Positions 37,084 to 46,978 of a stretch of 51,239 nucleotides of DNA are shown piece by piece. The position numbers were made by a program, and so were the translations under genes. Below the pieces are notes generated by a model. The model worked only from the letters and a program-made list of their open reading frames with translations. It had not been told where the DNA came from and searched no databases. Numbering within the stretch: the stretch's first letter is position 1; each line of letters starts with the position of its first letter. Source of the DNA: Betaproteobacteria bacterium (GTDB lineage Bacteria > Pseudomonadota > Gammaproteobacteria > Burkholderiales > SG8-41); NCBI GenBank assembly GCA_031381325.1, contig JANMXV010000074.1:1-51239 (forward strand), read 5' to 3'.

Positions 37084-37617
37084 TTATTTCGCTTGAGACA
37101 CCAGGTAATCGACCGCGGCTTTTACGTCGGCGTCGGACAGGCTCAAGTTGCCGCCCTTGGGCGGCATCGCATTTTTGCCTTTGATCGCACTGGCTTGCAG
37201 CGCGGCTGCCCCCGCGGCCAGGCGCGGCGCCCACGCGGCTTTGTCGCCCAGTTTGGGCGCACCGGCGACACCGGGCGTATGGCACGCCTGGCAAGTGGCG
37301 TCGTACACTGCTTTGCCGTCGGGAGCGGCTGCCTTGCCCGCATCGGCAGCGGCTGTCGCGGCAACTACCGGCGCAGGCGCTGGCACCAGCGGCGACGGGC
37401 CTTTTTCAATGTCCGGCGTGCTGCCCACCGGCTTGATGCGCTCGGCCACGGCTTTGTCGGACATCGCCGGGTTGGTGCGCGATTTATCGCCGCCCACCAC
37501 AAAGTGAATGATGGTGAAAATCGCCGCGATGGGGATCACGAACGCCAACACCACTACAACAATCAACTGAGTCGGGGTCTTGATAAAGCCGGTATTGTTG
37601 GGAGATGCATCGCTCAT
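37084..37617 (-). CDS. Membrane-anchored class I c-type cytochrome (c5-like)
   Basis: N-terminal TM helix, Ala/Pro linker, CQACH heme motif, and NAMPPKGG, which supplies the axial Met. Confidence 0.8.
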   Translation of the reverse strand: MSDASPNNTGFIKTPTQLIVVVVLAFVIPIAAIFTIIHFVVGGDKSRTNPAMSDKAVAERIKPVGSTPDIEKGPSPLVPAPAPVVAATAAADAGKAAAPDGKAVYDATCQACHTPGVAGAPKLGDKAAWAPRLAAGAAALQASAIKGKNAMPPKGGNLSLSDADVKAAVDYLVSQAK

Positions 37618-37741
37618 CAGAAGGCTCTCTATTTATCTGCACTAAAACAATGGATTATAGCGTGAGCGGAGGAGGCGGTAAAAGCCTTGTGTGAGCGCGC
37701 GTGTTAAAATCGCCATCCGCTAATAGTAAGTCAGCAACAAG

Positions 37742-37818
37742 GCGCCCGTAGCTCAGCTGGATAGAGTACTGCCCTCCGAAGGCAGGGGTCGGACGTTCGA
37801 ATCGTCTCGGGCGCGCCA
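37742..37818 (+). tRNA. tRNA-Arg (anticodon CCG)
   Basis: Manual fold: acceptor GCGCCCG/CGGGCGC, D-arm GCTC..GAGT, anticodon arm CTGCC-CTCCGAA-GGCAG, T-arm GGACG-TTCGAAT-CGTCT, discriminator G, encoded CCA. Confidence 0.9.
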
Positions 37819-37845
37819 AAAGTTTTAGCACGGTATCTAATTCTT

Positions 37846-37868
37846 AAAGCGGCCGGGGCCGCTTTTTT
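37846..37868 (+). terminator. Intrinsic terminator after tRNA-Arg
   Basis: AAAGCGGC-CGGG-GCCGCTTT followed by TTTT. Confidence 0.7.
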
Positions 37869-37961
37869 CGCTGTTGCGCCAGCCGCGGTAGGGATTTTTT
37901 CGCGCGCGACCAAACCCGCGCGGTACGTTAAAGTTGCGGAATAAGGGGCTGGATAATTCAC

Positions 37962-38642
37962 GTGAAACCCGCACGCGCTTCCAACGCATTGATTCCCTGG
38001 CTCGCCCGGCTGCTGCCGGCGCTGCTGATCGCGCTCGCTTTCGCACAGGAAGCGGTGACCATCACCGATGAGCAAATCGCCAAGCTCGCGACGACTTTCG
38101 GTCCGGTCGCGAAGGAGCGGCTGACCAATTGGCGCGGCCTGATGATCAACCCGAAAAATCGCAGCCTGAGCGACCGGCAGAAGCTCGAACTGGTGAATGA
38201 TTTCATGAATCAGACGCGATTTATCAGCGACCGCGAACACTGGGGCAAGGAAGATTACTGGGCGACGCCTATCGAATTTTTATCCACCAACGGTGGCGAT
38301 TGCGAGGATTTTTCCATTGCAAAATACTTTACCTTGCGCGCGCTGGGCGTGCCCGACGACAAATTGCAGATCACCTACGTCAAGGAAATCAAGGTGTTCA
38401 ACGTGGCGCACATGGTGCTGGCGTATCTCGCCACGCCCGACGCTGAGCCGGTGATTCTCGACAACATCAATAAAACTATTCAGCCTGCGTCCAACCGCAA
38501 CGATCTGGTGCCGGTGTATAGCTTTAACGGTTCCGGCTTGTGGCTCGCTAAGCAGCAACAAGGCCGCGGACAATCGGCGGGCAGTTCGGATCGCATCGGT
38601 CACTGGAAAGATTTGCAGATGCGCATGAAAGGCGCGACTTAG
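37962..38642 (+). CDS. lapG: LapG-like periplasmic transglutaminase-like cysteine protease (BTLCP)
   Basis: Signal peptide. NGGDCEDFSIAKYFTLRALGV (catalytic Cys), HMVLAY (His), ILDN (Asp). GTG start. Directly upstream of the LapD-like gene. Confidence 0.85.
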   Translation: MKPARASNALIPWLARLLPALLIALAFAQEAVTITDEQIAKLATTFGPVAKERLTNWRGLMINPKNRSLSDRQKLELVNDFMNQTRFISDREHWGKEDYWATPIEFLSTNGGDCEDFSIAKYFTLRALGVPDDKLQITYVKEIKVFNVAHMVLAYLATPDAEPVILDNINKTIQPASNRNDLVPVYSFNGSGLWLAKQQQGRGQSAGSSDRIGHWKDLQMRMKGAT

Positions 38643-38651
38643 TTTTTTCAT

Positions 38652-38667
38652 TAACCATTTGTTTTTA
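38652..38667 (+). repeat. Copy D of recurrent 16-mer (TAACCATTTGTTTTTA, 1 mismatch), 32 bp upstream of the lapD start
   Basis: Followed by AACGATATTTTTTG. Confidence 0.8.
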
Positions 38668-38698
38668 AACGATATTTTTTGAAACGGCGGGACATGCC

Positions 38699-40660
38699 AT
38701 GAAGCTTTCACGACTGCTGGTGGGTTTAATTTCGCTCCTCTGGGTGGTGGTGTTTTTTGCCACGCTGTTTGTGGTGGTTAACAGCACGCGCGATTATCTG
38801 AGCCGCGCCATGGAATCGCACGCGCAGGATACCGCGACATCGCTCGGCCTTTCAATCACGCAGAGCAAGAGCTACAACGATGCGGTCACCATTGAGCTGA
38901 TGACCAGTGCGATTTTTGACCGCGGGTATTACAGCGAAATTCAAGTAAAAAAAGTAACCGGCGAATCGATTTTCAAGAAGCGCGTCGATCTGGCGGTGGA
39001 AGGTGTGCCGCTGTGGTTTGTTGAATCGTTCAAGCTGCCCACGCCGCGCATGAGTGCGGTGGTGATGGACGGCTGGCGCAAGGCGGCGGTGGTCGAAGTC
39101 GAGAGCCATCCAGGGTACGCCTACAAAGAACTGTGGGAGATCGCCAAGAAAACGTTTTGGGTGCTGCTGATCGTGGCGGTGCTATCGCTGGTGGTGGTGG
39201 CGATTGTGCTGAAGATGGCGCTGCGTCCGTTGGACGACATGGAGCGCCAGGCCGAAGATATCTCCAGGCGCAAGTTCACCATCCTCAAAAAGCTGCCATG
39301 GGCACGCGAGTTGCATCGCATTTCAACTGCGCTAAATTCCATGGTCCATTCCGTGGAGCGCATGCTGAACGAGCAAACCGATTTGGCCGACAAGATGCGC
39401 AACAAGGCGTATGTGGATGCGGTGACCGGATTGATGAACCGCAATGATTTCAATGAACAATTGACGCACCTCATCGGCGCCCCCACGAAATTCGGCAGCG
39501 GCGCTGTCGCGGTGGTGCGGATTCGCGGATTTGCGATTTTCAACGAACGCAATGGTCGCCCCGCCGGCGATGCGCTCCTCAAACGCACGGCGTACCTGAT
39601 GCAGGAAGTGTGCAAGGCGTATCCCAGTGCTTTTGTAGCTAAGCTGGACGGCCCTGAATTCGCGCTGGTGGTGCCTGAAATTCCCGACACCAACGTGCCT
39701 AAATTGGGGGATGCGCTGATCAAGGGTCTCGCGGAAATCGAGGAATTTCCACGCACGGAACAAAGCGTCATGCCGCACGCCGGCTTCGCGTATCACCGCC
39801 ACCATGACGGCGCCAGCTTCGGCAAACTGATGTCCACCGCGGGCCAGGCGCTGACGGTGGCGCAGGCGCGCGGCGTGCCCGCCTGGCATCTGCAGGAAGA
39901 AGAAAAAAACGATCAAAACACCGCCATGACCCTCGAAATCAATGGTCTTTTCAAGGTCGGGTTGCCTGCTGATCGCGTGGTGCTGCAATATCAGCCGGTG
40001 CGGGCCTGTCAAGTCGCCGCAGATAAATGGAACTACCGCAGCGAAGCCTGCATACGCATTCTGGGATCGGACGGTTCCATCGTGCGCGCCGGACTCTTTA
40101 TTGCAACAGCCAAGCGGCTCGGCGCGCTGCAACTGGTCGATCGCATTGTGACCGAAAAGCTGATGCAAAATATCGCGGCGAATGGCCCGGTCAAAGGCGG
40201 TGCGACCGCGCTGAATCTATCGCTGGAGTCGTTGCTGGATCCGGCGTTTGTCAATTGGCTGTATGCCACGCTGAATGCCAAGCGCGAGATTGCGAAGTAC
40301 GTCATTATCGAGGTGGCGGAGCACTCGATTACCAGTCATCTTGATGTGGTAAAAGCGGTGTTCAGCAAGCTGCGCCAGACGGGCGCGCGTCTCTCCGTCG
40401 ACCGTTTTGGCCAGAGCACGGCTTCGCTGGGTTTTCTGCGCGGGTTGGAAGTGGACTACATCAAGATCGACGGCGGCTATACGCGCGGCGTTGCCGAATC
40501 CACGGACAAGCAGTTTTTCGTGCAAGCGCTGGTGGGAATTGCACACGGACTCGGCATTCAGGTGATTACGGAATATGTCGAAACTGCAGCCGACTTCGAT
40601 ATTGTCAAGGGATTGCTGGTCGATGGCGCACAGGGGTATTACATCGGCAAGCCGGAATAG
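38699..40660 (+). CDS. lapD: LapD-like inner-membrane c-di-GMP receptor (LapD/MoxY N-terminal periplasmic domain, HAMP, degenerate GGDEF, degenerate EAL)
   Basis: SHAQDTATSLGLSIT, SAIFDRGYYSEIQV, VPLWFV and MDGWRKAAVVEVESHPGYAY parallel P. fluorescens LapD. The GGDEF position reads LDGPEF and the EAL position reads EAC. Confidence 0.85.
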   Translation: MKLSRLLVGLISLLWVVVFFATLFVVVNSTRDYLSRAMESHAQDTATSLGLSITQSKSYNDAVTIELMTSAIFDRGYYSEIQVKKVTGESIFKKRVDLAVEGVPLWFVESFKLPTPRMSAVVMDGWRKAAVVEVESHPGYAYKELWEIAKKTFWVLLIVAVLSLVVVAIVLKMALRPLDDMERQAEDISRRKFTILKKLPWARELHRISTALNSMVHSVERMLNEQTDLADKMRNKAYVDAVTGLMNRNDFNEQLTHLIGAPTKFGSGAVAVVRIRGFAIFNERNGRPAGDALLKRTAYLMQEVCKAYPSAFVAKLDGPEFALVVPEIPDTNVPKLGDALIKGLAEIEEFPRTEQSVMPHAGFAYHRHHDGASFGKLMSTAGQALTVAQARGVPAWHLQEEEKNDQNTAMTLEINGLFKVGLPADRVVLQYQPVRACQVAADKWNYRSEACIRILGSDGSIVRAGLFIATAKRLGALQLVDRIVTEKLMQNIAANGPVKGGATALNLSLESLLDPAFVNWLYATLNAKREIAKYVIIEVAEHSITSHLDVVKAVFSKLRQTGARLSVDRFGQSTASLGFLRGLEVDYIKIDGGYTRGVAESTDKQFFVQALVGIAHGLGIQVITEYVETAADFDIVKGLLVDGAQGYYIGKPE

Positions 40661-40786
40661 GGGCATTTCGCAAGAAATCATTTTGAAACATGCGGTTACA
40701 GCGCTAGTGGCATGATATAGTTGATTTTTTGTGGGCGACTGAATGTGTTGTAACAGTGGCGAAGTATTGCGCATGAAGGGGACGGC

Positions 40787-42973
40787 GTGGCCGAACAAGA
40801 AATCCAAAATATCAATCCAGAAAATCCAGATCAGTGGCAGGTGCCCAAGTCGATTGCCTCGTCCAATGATCCGCTGCTGAAATGCCTGACTATACTGTCG
40901 CGCTACTTTAACCACCCATTTTCCGAGGAAACGCTCGCGGCTGGTCTGCCGCTCGACAAGGGCCGGCTGACGCCCGATCTGTTTAGTCGCGCCGCTGAGC
41001 GCGCCGGCTTGAATACCAAGCTGGTTCACCGCGCGCTGGACAAAATTTCGCCGTTGACCCTGCCTGCGGTGCTGCTGCTCAAAGACCAGCGCGCCTGCGT
41101 GCTGCGCTCGGTCGGCAAGAGCGGTGCGTGTGAGATCATTAATCCCGACACCGGCGGTGCGACTCAAACCACGCTGGCTGCGCTAAGCGCGGAATACACC
41201 GGCCACGCCATCCTGGTGCATCCGAAACTGCGTTTTGATGCACGCACCGAATTGTCGGCGGTGCCGCGCGTGAATCACTGGTTCTGGGGCGTGGTCGGGC
41301 AAGCGTGGCCGATCTATGCCGAAGTGCTGTTGGCCTCGCTGCTGATCAACGTTTTTGCGCTGGTGATGCCGCTCTACACCATGAATGTGTATGACCGCGT
41401 GGTGCCCAACGACACCACCGAAACGCTGATGGCGCTGACCGTGGGTATGCTGATCGTGCTGGTGTTCGATTTCGCCATGCGCATGCTGCGCGGTTTTCTC
41501 ACGGATATCGCCGGTAAACGCATCGACGTGATTTTGTCGGCGAACATTTTCGAGCGCTCGCTCGGCATCCGCATGGAATCACGTCCGCAGTCGGTGGGTT
41601 CATTCGCCAGCAACGTGCAGGAGTTTGAATCGTTTCGTGAATTCATCACCTCCGCCACCATTACCGCGCTGGTGGATGTGCCCTTTTTGTTCATCTTCAT
41701 TATCGCGATTTTCATGATCGGCGGCTGGCTCGCCGTGGTGCCGCTGGCGACGGTGCCGATAGTGATCCTTATCAGTCTGATCCTGCAACGCCAATTGGGC
41801 GCGGTGATTCAGGAAAGCTTCCGTTGCGGCTCGCAAAAGCACAGTGTGTTGATCGAGAGCCTTAGCGCGGTCGAAACCATCAAATCCATGGCCGCCGAAA
41901 GTGTGCAGCAGCGCCGCTGGGAGCAATTGGTGGGACAGGTTTCCAAATTGAGTTTGAAATCCAAAACTCTGTCGCAGGCGATTATCAATTCATCGCAGAT
42001 GATTCAGCAGATCGCCGCTGTGGCCATCGTGGTGTTTGGTGTTTACCTCATCAACGACCGCGTGTTAACGGTCGGTGCGCTGGTGGCTTGCACCATGCTC
42101 AATTCGCGCGCGCTGGCGCCGCTGGGCCAAGTGGCGGGTTTGCTTGCGCGCTACCACCAATCGGCGGCCTCGCTGCGTACGCTGAACAACGTGATGAATC
42201 TGCCGGTGGAGCGCCCGGCCAACAAAAGTTTTGTGCATCGCCCGGTGATTGTCGGCAGCATCGAGTTTCGCGAAGTGACTTTCACTTACCCCGGCCACAA
42301 AGTGCCCGCGCTTGCCAATGTCTCGTTCAAGATTGCAGCGGGCGAAAGGGTGGGGCTGATCGGGCGTATCGGCTCCGGCAAATCCACCATCGAAAAACTG
42401 ATACTCGGCCTCTACAAACCGGAGACCGGATCGATACTGGTGGACGGCGTGGACGTGAATCAAATTGATCCCGCTACCCTGCGCCGGAACATCGGCTACG
42501 TGCCGCAAGATATCGTGCTGTTCTTCGGTACGGTAAAAAGCAACATACTCTATGCCGCGCCCTATGCGGAAGACGCGGCCATGTTGCGCGCGGCGGAAAT
42601 AGCCGGCGTCACCGAATTCATACATCCTGCGGAGCAGGGCTTTGATCTGCCCATCGGCGAGCGCGGCGAGGGTCTGTCGGGCGGGCAGCGGCAATCGGTG
42701 GCAATTGCGCGCGCACTGGTGTTGGATCCGCCTATGATGATCATGGATGAACCGACCAACGCCCTCGACAATCGCTCGGAAGAAAACTTCAAAAGCCGGC
42801 TGGGCGCCGCCATTACCGGCAAGACCTTTGTGCTGGTGACGCACCGCGCTTCTTTGCTGACGCTGGTGCCGCGATTGATCGTGATGGATGGCGGCAAGAT
42901 CGTGGCCGATGGCCCGAAGGAACAGGTGATGCAGGCGCTGGCAGGAGGAAAGATTAATGTCGCAAGAAGCTAG
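40787..42973 (+). CDS. lapB: Type I secretion ABC transporter (LapB/LssB type) with N-terminal C39-like domain
   Basis: 728 aa. DPLLKCLTILSRYFNHPFSEETLAAGLPL, Walker A GRIGSGKST, LSGGQRQ, Walker B MIMDEPT. GTG start with GAAGGGGA upstream. Confidence 0.9.
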   Translation: MAEQEIQNINPENPDQWQVPKSIASSNDPLLKCLTILSRYFNHPFSEETLAAGLPLDKGRLTPDLFSRAAERAGLNTKLVHRALDKISPLTLPAVLLLKDQRACVLRSVGKSGACEIINPDTGGATQTTLAALSAEYTGHAILVHPKLRFDARTELSAVPRVNHWFWGVVGQAWPIYAEVLLASLLINVFALVMPLYTMNVYDRVVPNDTTETLMALTVGMLIVLVFDFAMRMLRGFLTDIAGKRIDVILSANIFERSLGIRMESRPQSVGSFASNVQEFESFREFITSATITALVDVPFLFIFIIAIFMIGGWLAVVPLATVPIVILISLILQRQLGAVIQESFRCGSQKHSVLIESLSAVETIKSMAAESVQQRRWEQLVGQVSKLSLKSKTLSQAIINSSQMIQQIAAVAIVVFGVYLINDRVLTVGALVACTMLNSRALAPLGQVAGLLARYHQSAASLRTLNNVMNLPVERPANKSFVHRPVIVGSIEFREVTFTYPGHKVPALANVSFKIAAGERVGLIGRIGSGKSTIEKLILGLYKPETGSILVDGVDVNQIDPATLRRNIGYVPQDIVLFFGTVKSNILYAAPYAEDAAMLRAAEIAGVTEFIHPAEQGFDLPIGERGEGLSGGQRQSVAIARALVLDPPMMIMDEPTNALDNRSEENFKSRLGAAITGKTFVLVTHRASLLTLVPRLIVMDGGKIVADGPKEQVMQALAGGKINVARS

Positions 42974-44492
42974 TGTACCCGGGGCACGCGTGACGCCAGT
43001 AAACGTGACCAAGGCTGTTCAACCGGTCGTGACCAAAACCGCGCAGCCGATTGACGCTGCGGTAGCGGCGGCTAATTTGCCGGGGTTGACTGAAGGGCCG
43101 CGGCGCATCGGCGGCATGGCGCTTATCAAAGGCATCTTCTCCGAGCTGGGTTCCGCGAAAATCGGCAAGTCGCTGGCACGCGAGCAAGATCTTGATTATA
43201 TGAGTGAAACTTCGGCTGCGGCCTTGCAAGGCCCGCCCAAGATCACGCACGTTGTGCTGTGGGGTGCGGTGCTTTTTATCATCGCGTTTTTTGTGTGGGC
43301 GGCGTACGCCAACATCGGTGAAACCACCGTGGGCGAGGGCAAGGTGATTCCCGCCGGACAGATTCAAGTGGTGCAAAACCTCGAAGGCGGCATCGTTACC
43401 GAGATCAAGGTTAAAGTCGGTGATACGGTGCGCAAGGACGATATGTTGTTGGAGATTGATAACACGCGGTACATAGCATCGGCGAAGGAAAACACCGCGA
43501 AGGACAGCGCGCTGGTAGCGAAAATCGCACGCCTGTCGGCTGAGGTCAATGGGTCGGCGTTCATCGTGCCTGCGGCGGTCGCCAGCGCCAATCCCGATCT
43601 GGTGCGCCGCGAACAGGAGCTTTACCGCACGCGGCAAGCCGAATTCAGCGCCAACACTTCGGCGCTACGCCAGCAGATAGACCAGCGTTCGCAGGAGATT
43701 GTCGAAAAGCGCGGTCGTGTGAAGCAAATTACCTCCAGCCTCGCCATCCTCAACCAGACCATCGCCATGATGCGCCCGGTGGTCAAGGATGGCGCCATGT
43801 CCGAAATGGAATTGCTGGCGAAGGAACGCGAAGCCAACGATCTCAAGGGTGAATTGGATTCTGCCAACGTCACTATTCCGCGGCTTGAAGGTGCAGTGTC
43901 CGAGGCGCGCAACAAGCTGCAAAGCTACGAGGCAAAATTTCGCTCCGATGCGCTGGCGGAACTCAATCAGGCGCGCTCGGATCAGCAGGGCACCGAAGCC
44001 ACCGGCGTTGCAATGAAAGACCGCGTGGAGCGCGCGATCGTGAAATCACCGGTGAACGGCACCATCAAGACCATCAAAATCACCACGGTGGGCGGCGTGG
44101 TGCAGCCCGGTTCGGACATCGTGGAAATCGTGCCGACGGAACAATCATTGGTAATCGAGGCGCGCGTCAAACCCAAGGACATTGCTTTTCTGCGTCCCGG
44201 TCAGGATGCGCTGGTTAAGCTCACCGCGTACGATTTTTCGATTTACGGCGGGTTTCCGGCAAAGCTCGAATACATTGGCGCGGATACCGTGCTTGATGAG
44301 AAAAAACAGGACAGCTACTATCTGGTCAGGGTGCGCACCACCACCAATGAGCCGCGGCGCGGCGGCAAGGCGCTGTCGATTATCCCCGGCATGACGGCAA
44401 CCGTGCATATCCATACCGGCGAAAAAACGTTTTTGACGTATTTGCTCAAACCGATTATCAAGACCAAGGAAATGGCGTTTCGTGAGCGTTGA
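42957..44492 (+). CDS. lapC: HlyD-family type I secretion membrane fusion protein
   Basis: 511 aa. One TM helix, long coiled coil, C-terminal beta-barrel motifs (IKSPVNGTI, PGMTATVHIHTGEKT). AGGAGGA RBS. 17-nt overlap with lapB. Confidence 0.9.
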   Translation: MSQEASVPGARVTPVNVTKAVQPVVTKTAQPIDAAVAAANLPGLTEGPRRIGGMALIKGIFSELGSAKIGKSLAREQDLDYMSETSAAALQGPPKITHVVLWGAVLFIIAFFVWAAYANIGETTVGEGKVIPAGQIQVVQNLEGGIVTEIKVKVGDTVRKDDMLLEIDNTRYIASAKENTAKDSALVAKIARLSAEVNGSAFIVPAAVASANPDLVRREQELYRTRQAEFSANTSALRQQIDQRSQEIVEKRGRVKQITSSLAILNQTIAMMRPVVKDGAMSEMELLAKEREANDLKGELDSANVTIPRLEGAVSEARNKLQSYEAKFRSDALAELNQARSDQQGTEATGVAMKDRVERAIVKSPVNGTIKTIKITTVGGVVQPGSDIVEIVPTEQSLVIEARVKPKDIAFLRPGQDALVKLTAYDFSIYGGFPAKLEYIGADTVLDEKKQDSYYLVRVRTTTNEPRRGGKALSIIPGMTATVHIHTGEKTFLTYLLKPIIKTKEMAFRER

Positions 44493-44500
44493 TTGACTCC

Positions 44501-45208
44501 ATGGCAATCCTGCTAGTCACCCAAGACCGTGAGCTTGAAGAGCGCTGCCGCCGCGCGACCAGCGCGCATTACTCGATCCTATTGATCGATTCGATTGCGC
44601 TGGCGCCCGCGCGCATTGGGGCAGCCATGCCCGAAGTAGTGCTGATCGATGCGAATACGCTGGAGCGCCCGTACGCTGAAAAAATCGCTGGCATCGTGGC
44701 CACACCCGGCGTGGGGCGCGTGATTGTGATGACTACCGATTTTATTGAAGACGAAGAAGTCGCCTTGCTGCGTTGTGGCGTACAGGGCTGCTGCCGGCGC
44801 GGCATCGATCCGGATTCGCTGCGCCAGGTGCTGACGGTTACCGAAAGCGGCGTGTGGGTTACGCGCAGTCTATTGCCGAGACTGGTGACTGAATTGCGCC
44901 GCTACGCACAGCAGGCTGGCGTACCCGCTGTCGCGACTGCTCCGAACAACGCGGCGGCGGCCACCGAACACCCGCCGCGCGTGCCACCAGAAAAACTCGC
45001 AGCGCTGACGCGTCGTGAGTGTGACATTGTGAATCTGCTTGCACACGGCGCCACCAACAAAAAAGTCGCTGAAGAATTGGATATTTCCGAGCGCACGGTT
45101 AAAGGCCATTTATCCAATATATTCATGAAGTTAGGTGTTCCAGATCGGCTCAAGCTCGTGCTCTTTCTCAACGATGGGCAGCAACCGACCCGGTCGCTAC
45201 GCAAATAA
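44501..45208 (+). CDS. Atypical receiver domain + LuxR/FixJ-type HTH regulator
   Basis: C-terminal LTRRECDIVNLLAHGATNKKVAEELDISERTVKGHLSNIFMKLGV. Receiver keeps the Asp in VVLIDAN and the Thr in VMTT, but DD is replaced (VTQD) and the conserved Lys is Arg. ATG at 44501 or TTG at 44489 overlapping the lapC stop. Confidence 0.75.
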   Translation: MAILLVTQDRELEERCRRATSAHYSILLIDSIALAPARIGAAMPEVVLIDANTLERPYAEKIAGIVATPGVGRVIVMTTDFIEDEEVALLRCGVQGCCRRGIDPDSLRQVLTVTESGVWVTRSLLPRLVTELRRYAQQAGVPAVATAPNNAAAATEHPPRVPPEKLAALTRRECDIVNLLAHGATNKKVAEELDISERTVKGHLSNIFMKLGVPDRLKLVLFLNDGQQPTRSLRK

Positions 45209-45559
45209 TTCGTAAACAATTGTTTTATTTGGATAAAAAATGCTGGCTGTACGCGGGGAATTTTGGTTAAATCTGAAACTGTGTCGTGATTGTGATAAAG
45301 TTTTTTTGTTATGCAACCGATTAACTATTAACTATCAACTATCGCGATTGGGTAAAAAAATTCGTCGCAACAGTTGCTTAGGGTGATAATTTAGCGTGTT
45401 AACATTGTTAGCCCATAGTGTGCGATAGCATACAGACCGCTGGGAAACGGCTGATAATATAATGCGTGTTGGCATAGACAGAACGGATAGTGTCGCGCTT
45501 GGCATGTTTTCCGCTAGTTCCGTAGGGCACGCAGCACTTATGCAGAAGGGGAAAAAGTT

Positions 45560-46888
45560 GTGAAAATTACTTTCAAAATCAATATTCTGGTGAGTGCTGT
45601 TGCAGTTGCGTTGAGCACGAGCCCATGGGTAAGTGCGGAGACGCTGCGTGAAGTGGTGCAGATGGCCGTGGAAACCAATCCAACCATAGGGGCGGCCGCC
45701 AAGCGCAAAGACGCAGCAGATGCTGCGGTAGATGCCGCAAAAAGCGGCTACCTTCTCAAGCTCGATTGGCAAAATGGAAACGGCATCGAGCGCAGTCAGA
45801 ATTCCACCACCTTGGCAACTGGAAATCAGTGGGTGCGCATGCAGCGCAAAATTGACACCATGGTCGCCAACCAAATGCTGTGGGACGGCTTGGGCACACG
45901 TGCTGAAGTCGAGCGGCGGCGTTCAATTTCTGACGCGGCTGCCTACAGAGTACACAGTGCCGCGGAAGATGTCGCATTGCAAGCGGTGGATGCCTATGTG
46001 GAAGTATTGAAAAACAAAGAACTGGTGGGCTTTGCCAAGGACAACCTGCTCGCGCATCAAAAGACCTTCGATCAGGTCAAATTGCGCAGCGACAAAGGGG
46101 TGGGTCGCCGTGCCGACCTCGATCAAATCGAAGCACGGATGTCACTGGCGTCCGCGAACTTGCAGTCGGCGGAGAGCGTTGCGCGCGATGCCGACATAGC
46201 GTTTCAGCGTGTGGTGGGCCGCAATCCGATAGCGCTTAGCGAAGCGCCGGAGGCGAAAGCCTTGCCCAGCAGTGTGGATGAAGCGGTGAAGATCGGCTTT
46301 TCCAATCACCCGACACTTAAATCCGCCTACGCCGATATCACACAAGCGGCCGCCCAGCGCGAACTCGCACGTTCATTCTGGTCGCCGCGCCTCGAACTCG
46401 AAGCCAGTTACAGCAACAATTACAATCTGGATGGCGTGGCGGGCCCCAACCGTGACCGCATCATCATGCTGTTTGTGAAGTGGAATCTATTCCGGGGTGG
46501 TTTCGATTATCACCGTCTGAAAGAAACCGCGTACCAGATCGACGAGGCCACGGAGATTTCGCGCAACACCACGCGCCAAGTCGAAAACGCCGTGCGCGTC
46601 GCGCACAACGCCTACAACACCGCGCGCGAACGGCTGCCCTCGCTCGACCGTTACGTCAAATCGAGCGATGCCACGCGTGCTTCATACGCACAGCAGTTCG
46701 CCATCGGCCAGCGTACCTTGCTCGATCTGTTGGATTCCGAAAACGAATACTTCACTGCGCGCACGACCTACGTAACCGGCAAATATATAGAAATCTCGGC
46801 GAAATACCGCGTGCTGAATGCGATGGGACAACTGCTCTCCGCCTTCGACATCAAGCGGCCCGATCAGGCGACACTGCTGCCGCGCTGA
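45560..46888 (+). CDS. lapE: TolC-family type I secretion outer-membrane protein
   Basis: Signal peptide MKITFKINILVSAVAVALSTSPWVSA, then ETLREVVQMAVETNPTIGAAAKRKDAA (TolC-family start). Two-repeat architecture. GTG start with GAAGGGGA upstream. Confidence 0.85.
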   Translation: MKITFKINILVSAVAVALSTSPWVSAETLREVVQMAVETNPTIGAAAKRKDAADAAVDAAKSGYLLKLDWQNGNGIERSQNSTTLATGNQWVRMQRKIDTMVANQMLWDGLGTRAEVERRRSISDAAAYRVHSAAEDVALQAVDAYVEVLKNKELVGFAKDNLLAHQKTFDQVKLRSDKGVGRRADLDQIEARMSLASANLQSAESVARDADIAFQRVVGRNPIALSEAPEAKALPSSVDEAVKIGFSNHPTLKSAYADITQAAAQRELARSFWSPRLELEASYSNNYNLDGVAGPNRDRIIMLFVKWNLFRGGFDYHRLKETAYQIDEATEISRNTTRQVENAVRVAHNAYNTARERLPSLDRYVKSSDATRASYAQQFAIGQRTLLDLLDSENEYFTARTTYVTGKYIEISAKYRVLNAMGQLLSAFDIKRPDQATLLPR

Positions 46889-46908
46889 TTGAAGTTGTTC
46901 TCCGTCCC

Positions 46909-46936
46909 GGAGGCGCTTCGTGCGCCTCTTGTTTTT
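46909..46936 (+). terminator. Intrinsic terminator after the TolC-family gene
   Basis: GAGGCGC-TTCGT-GCGCCTC followed by TTGTTTTTTG. Confidence 0.75.
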
Positions 46937-46978
46937 TGCGGTATTTAACTTTCACACCACCACCGCGGAGCGCGCGCC

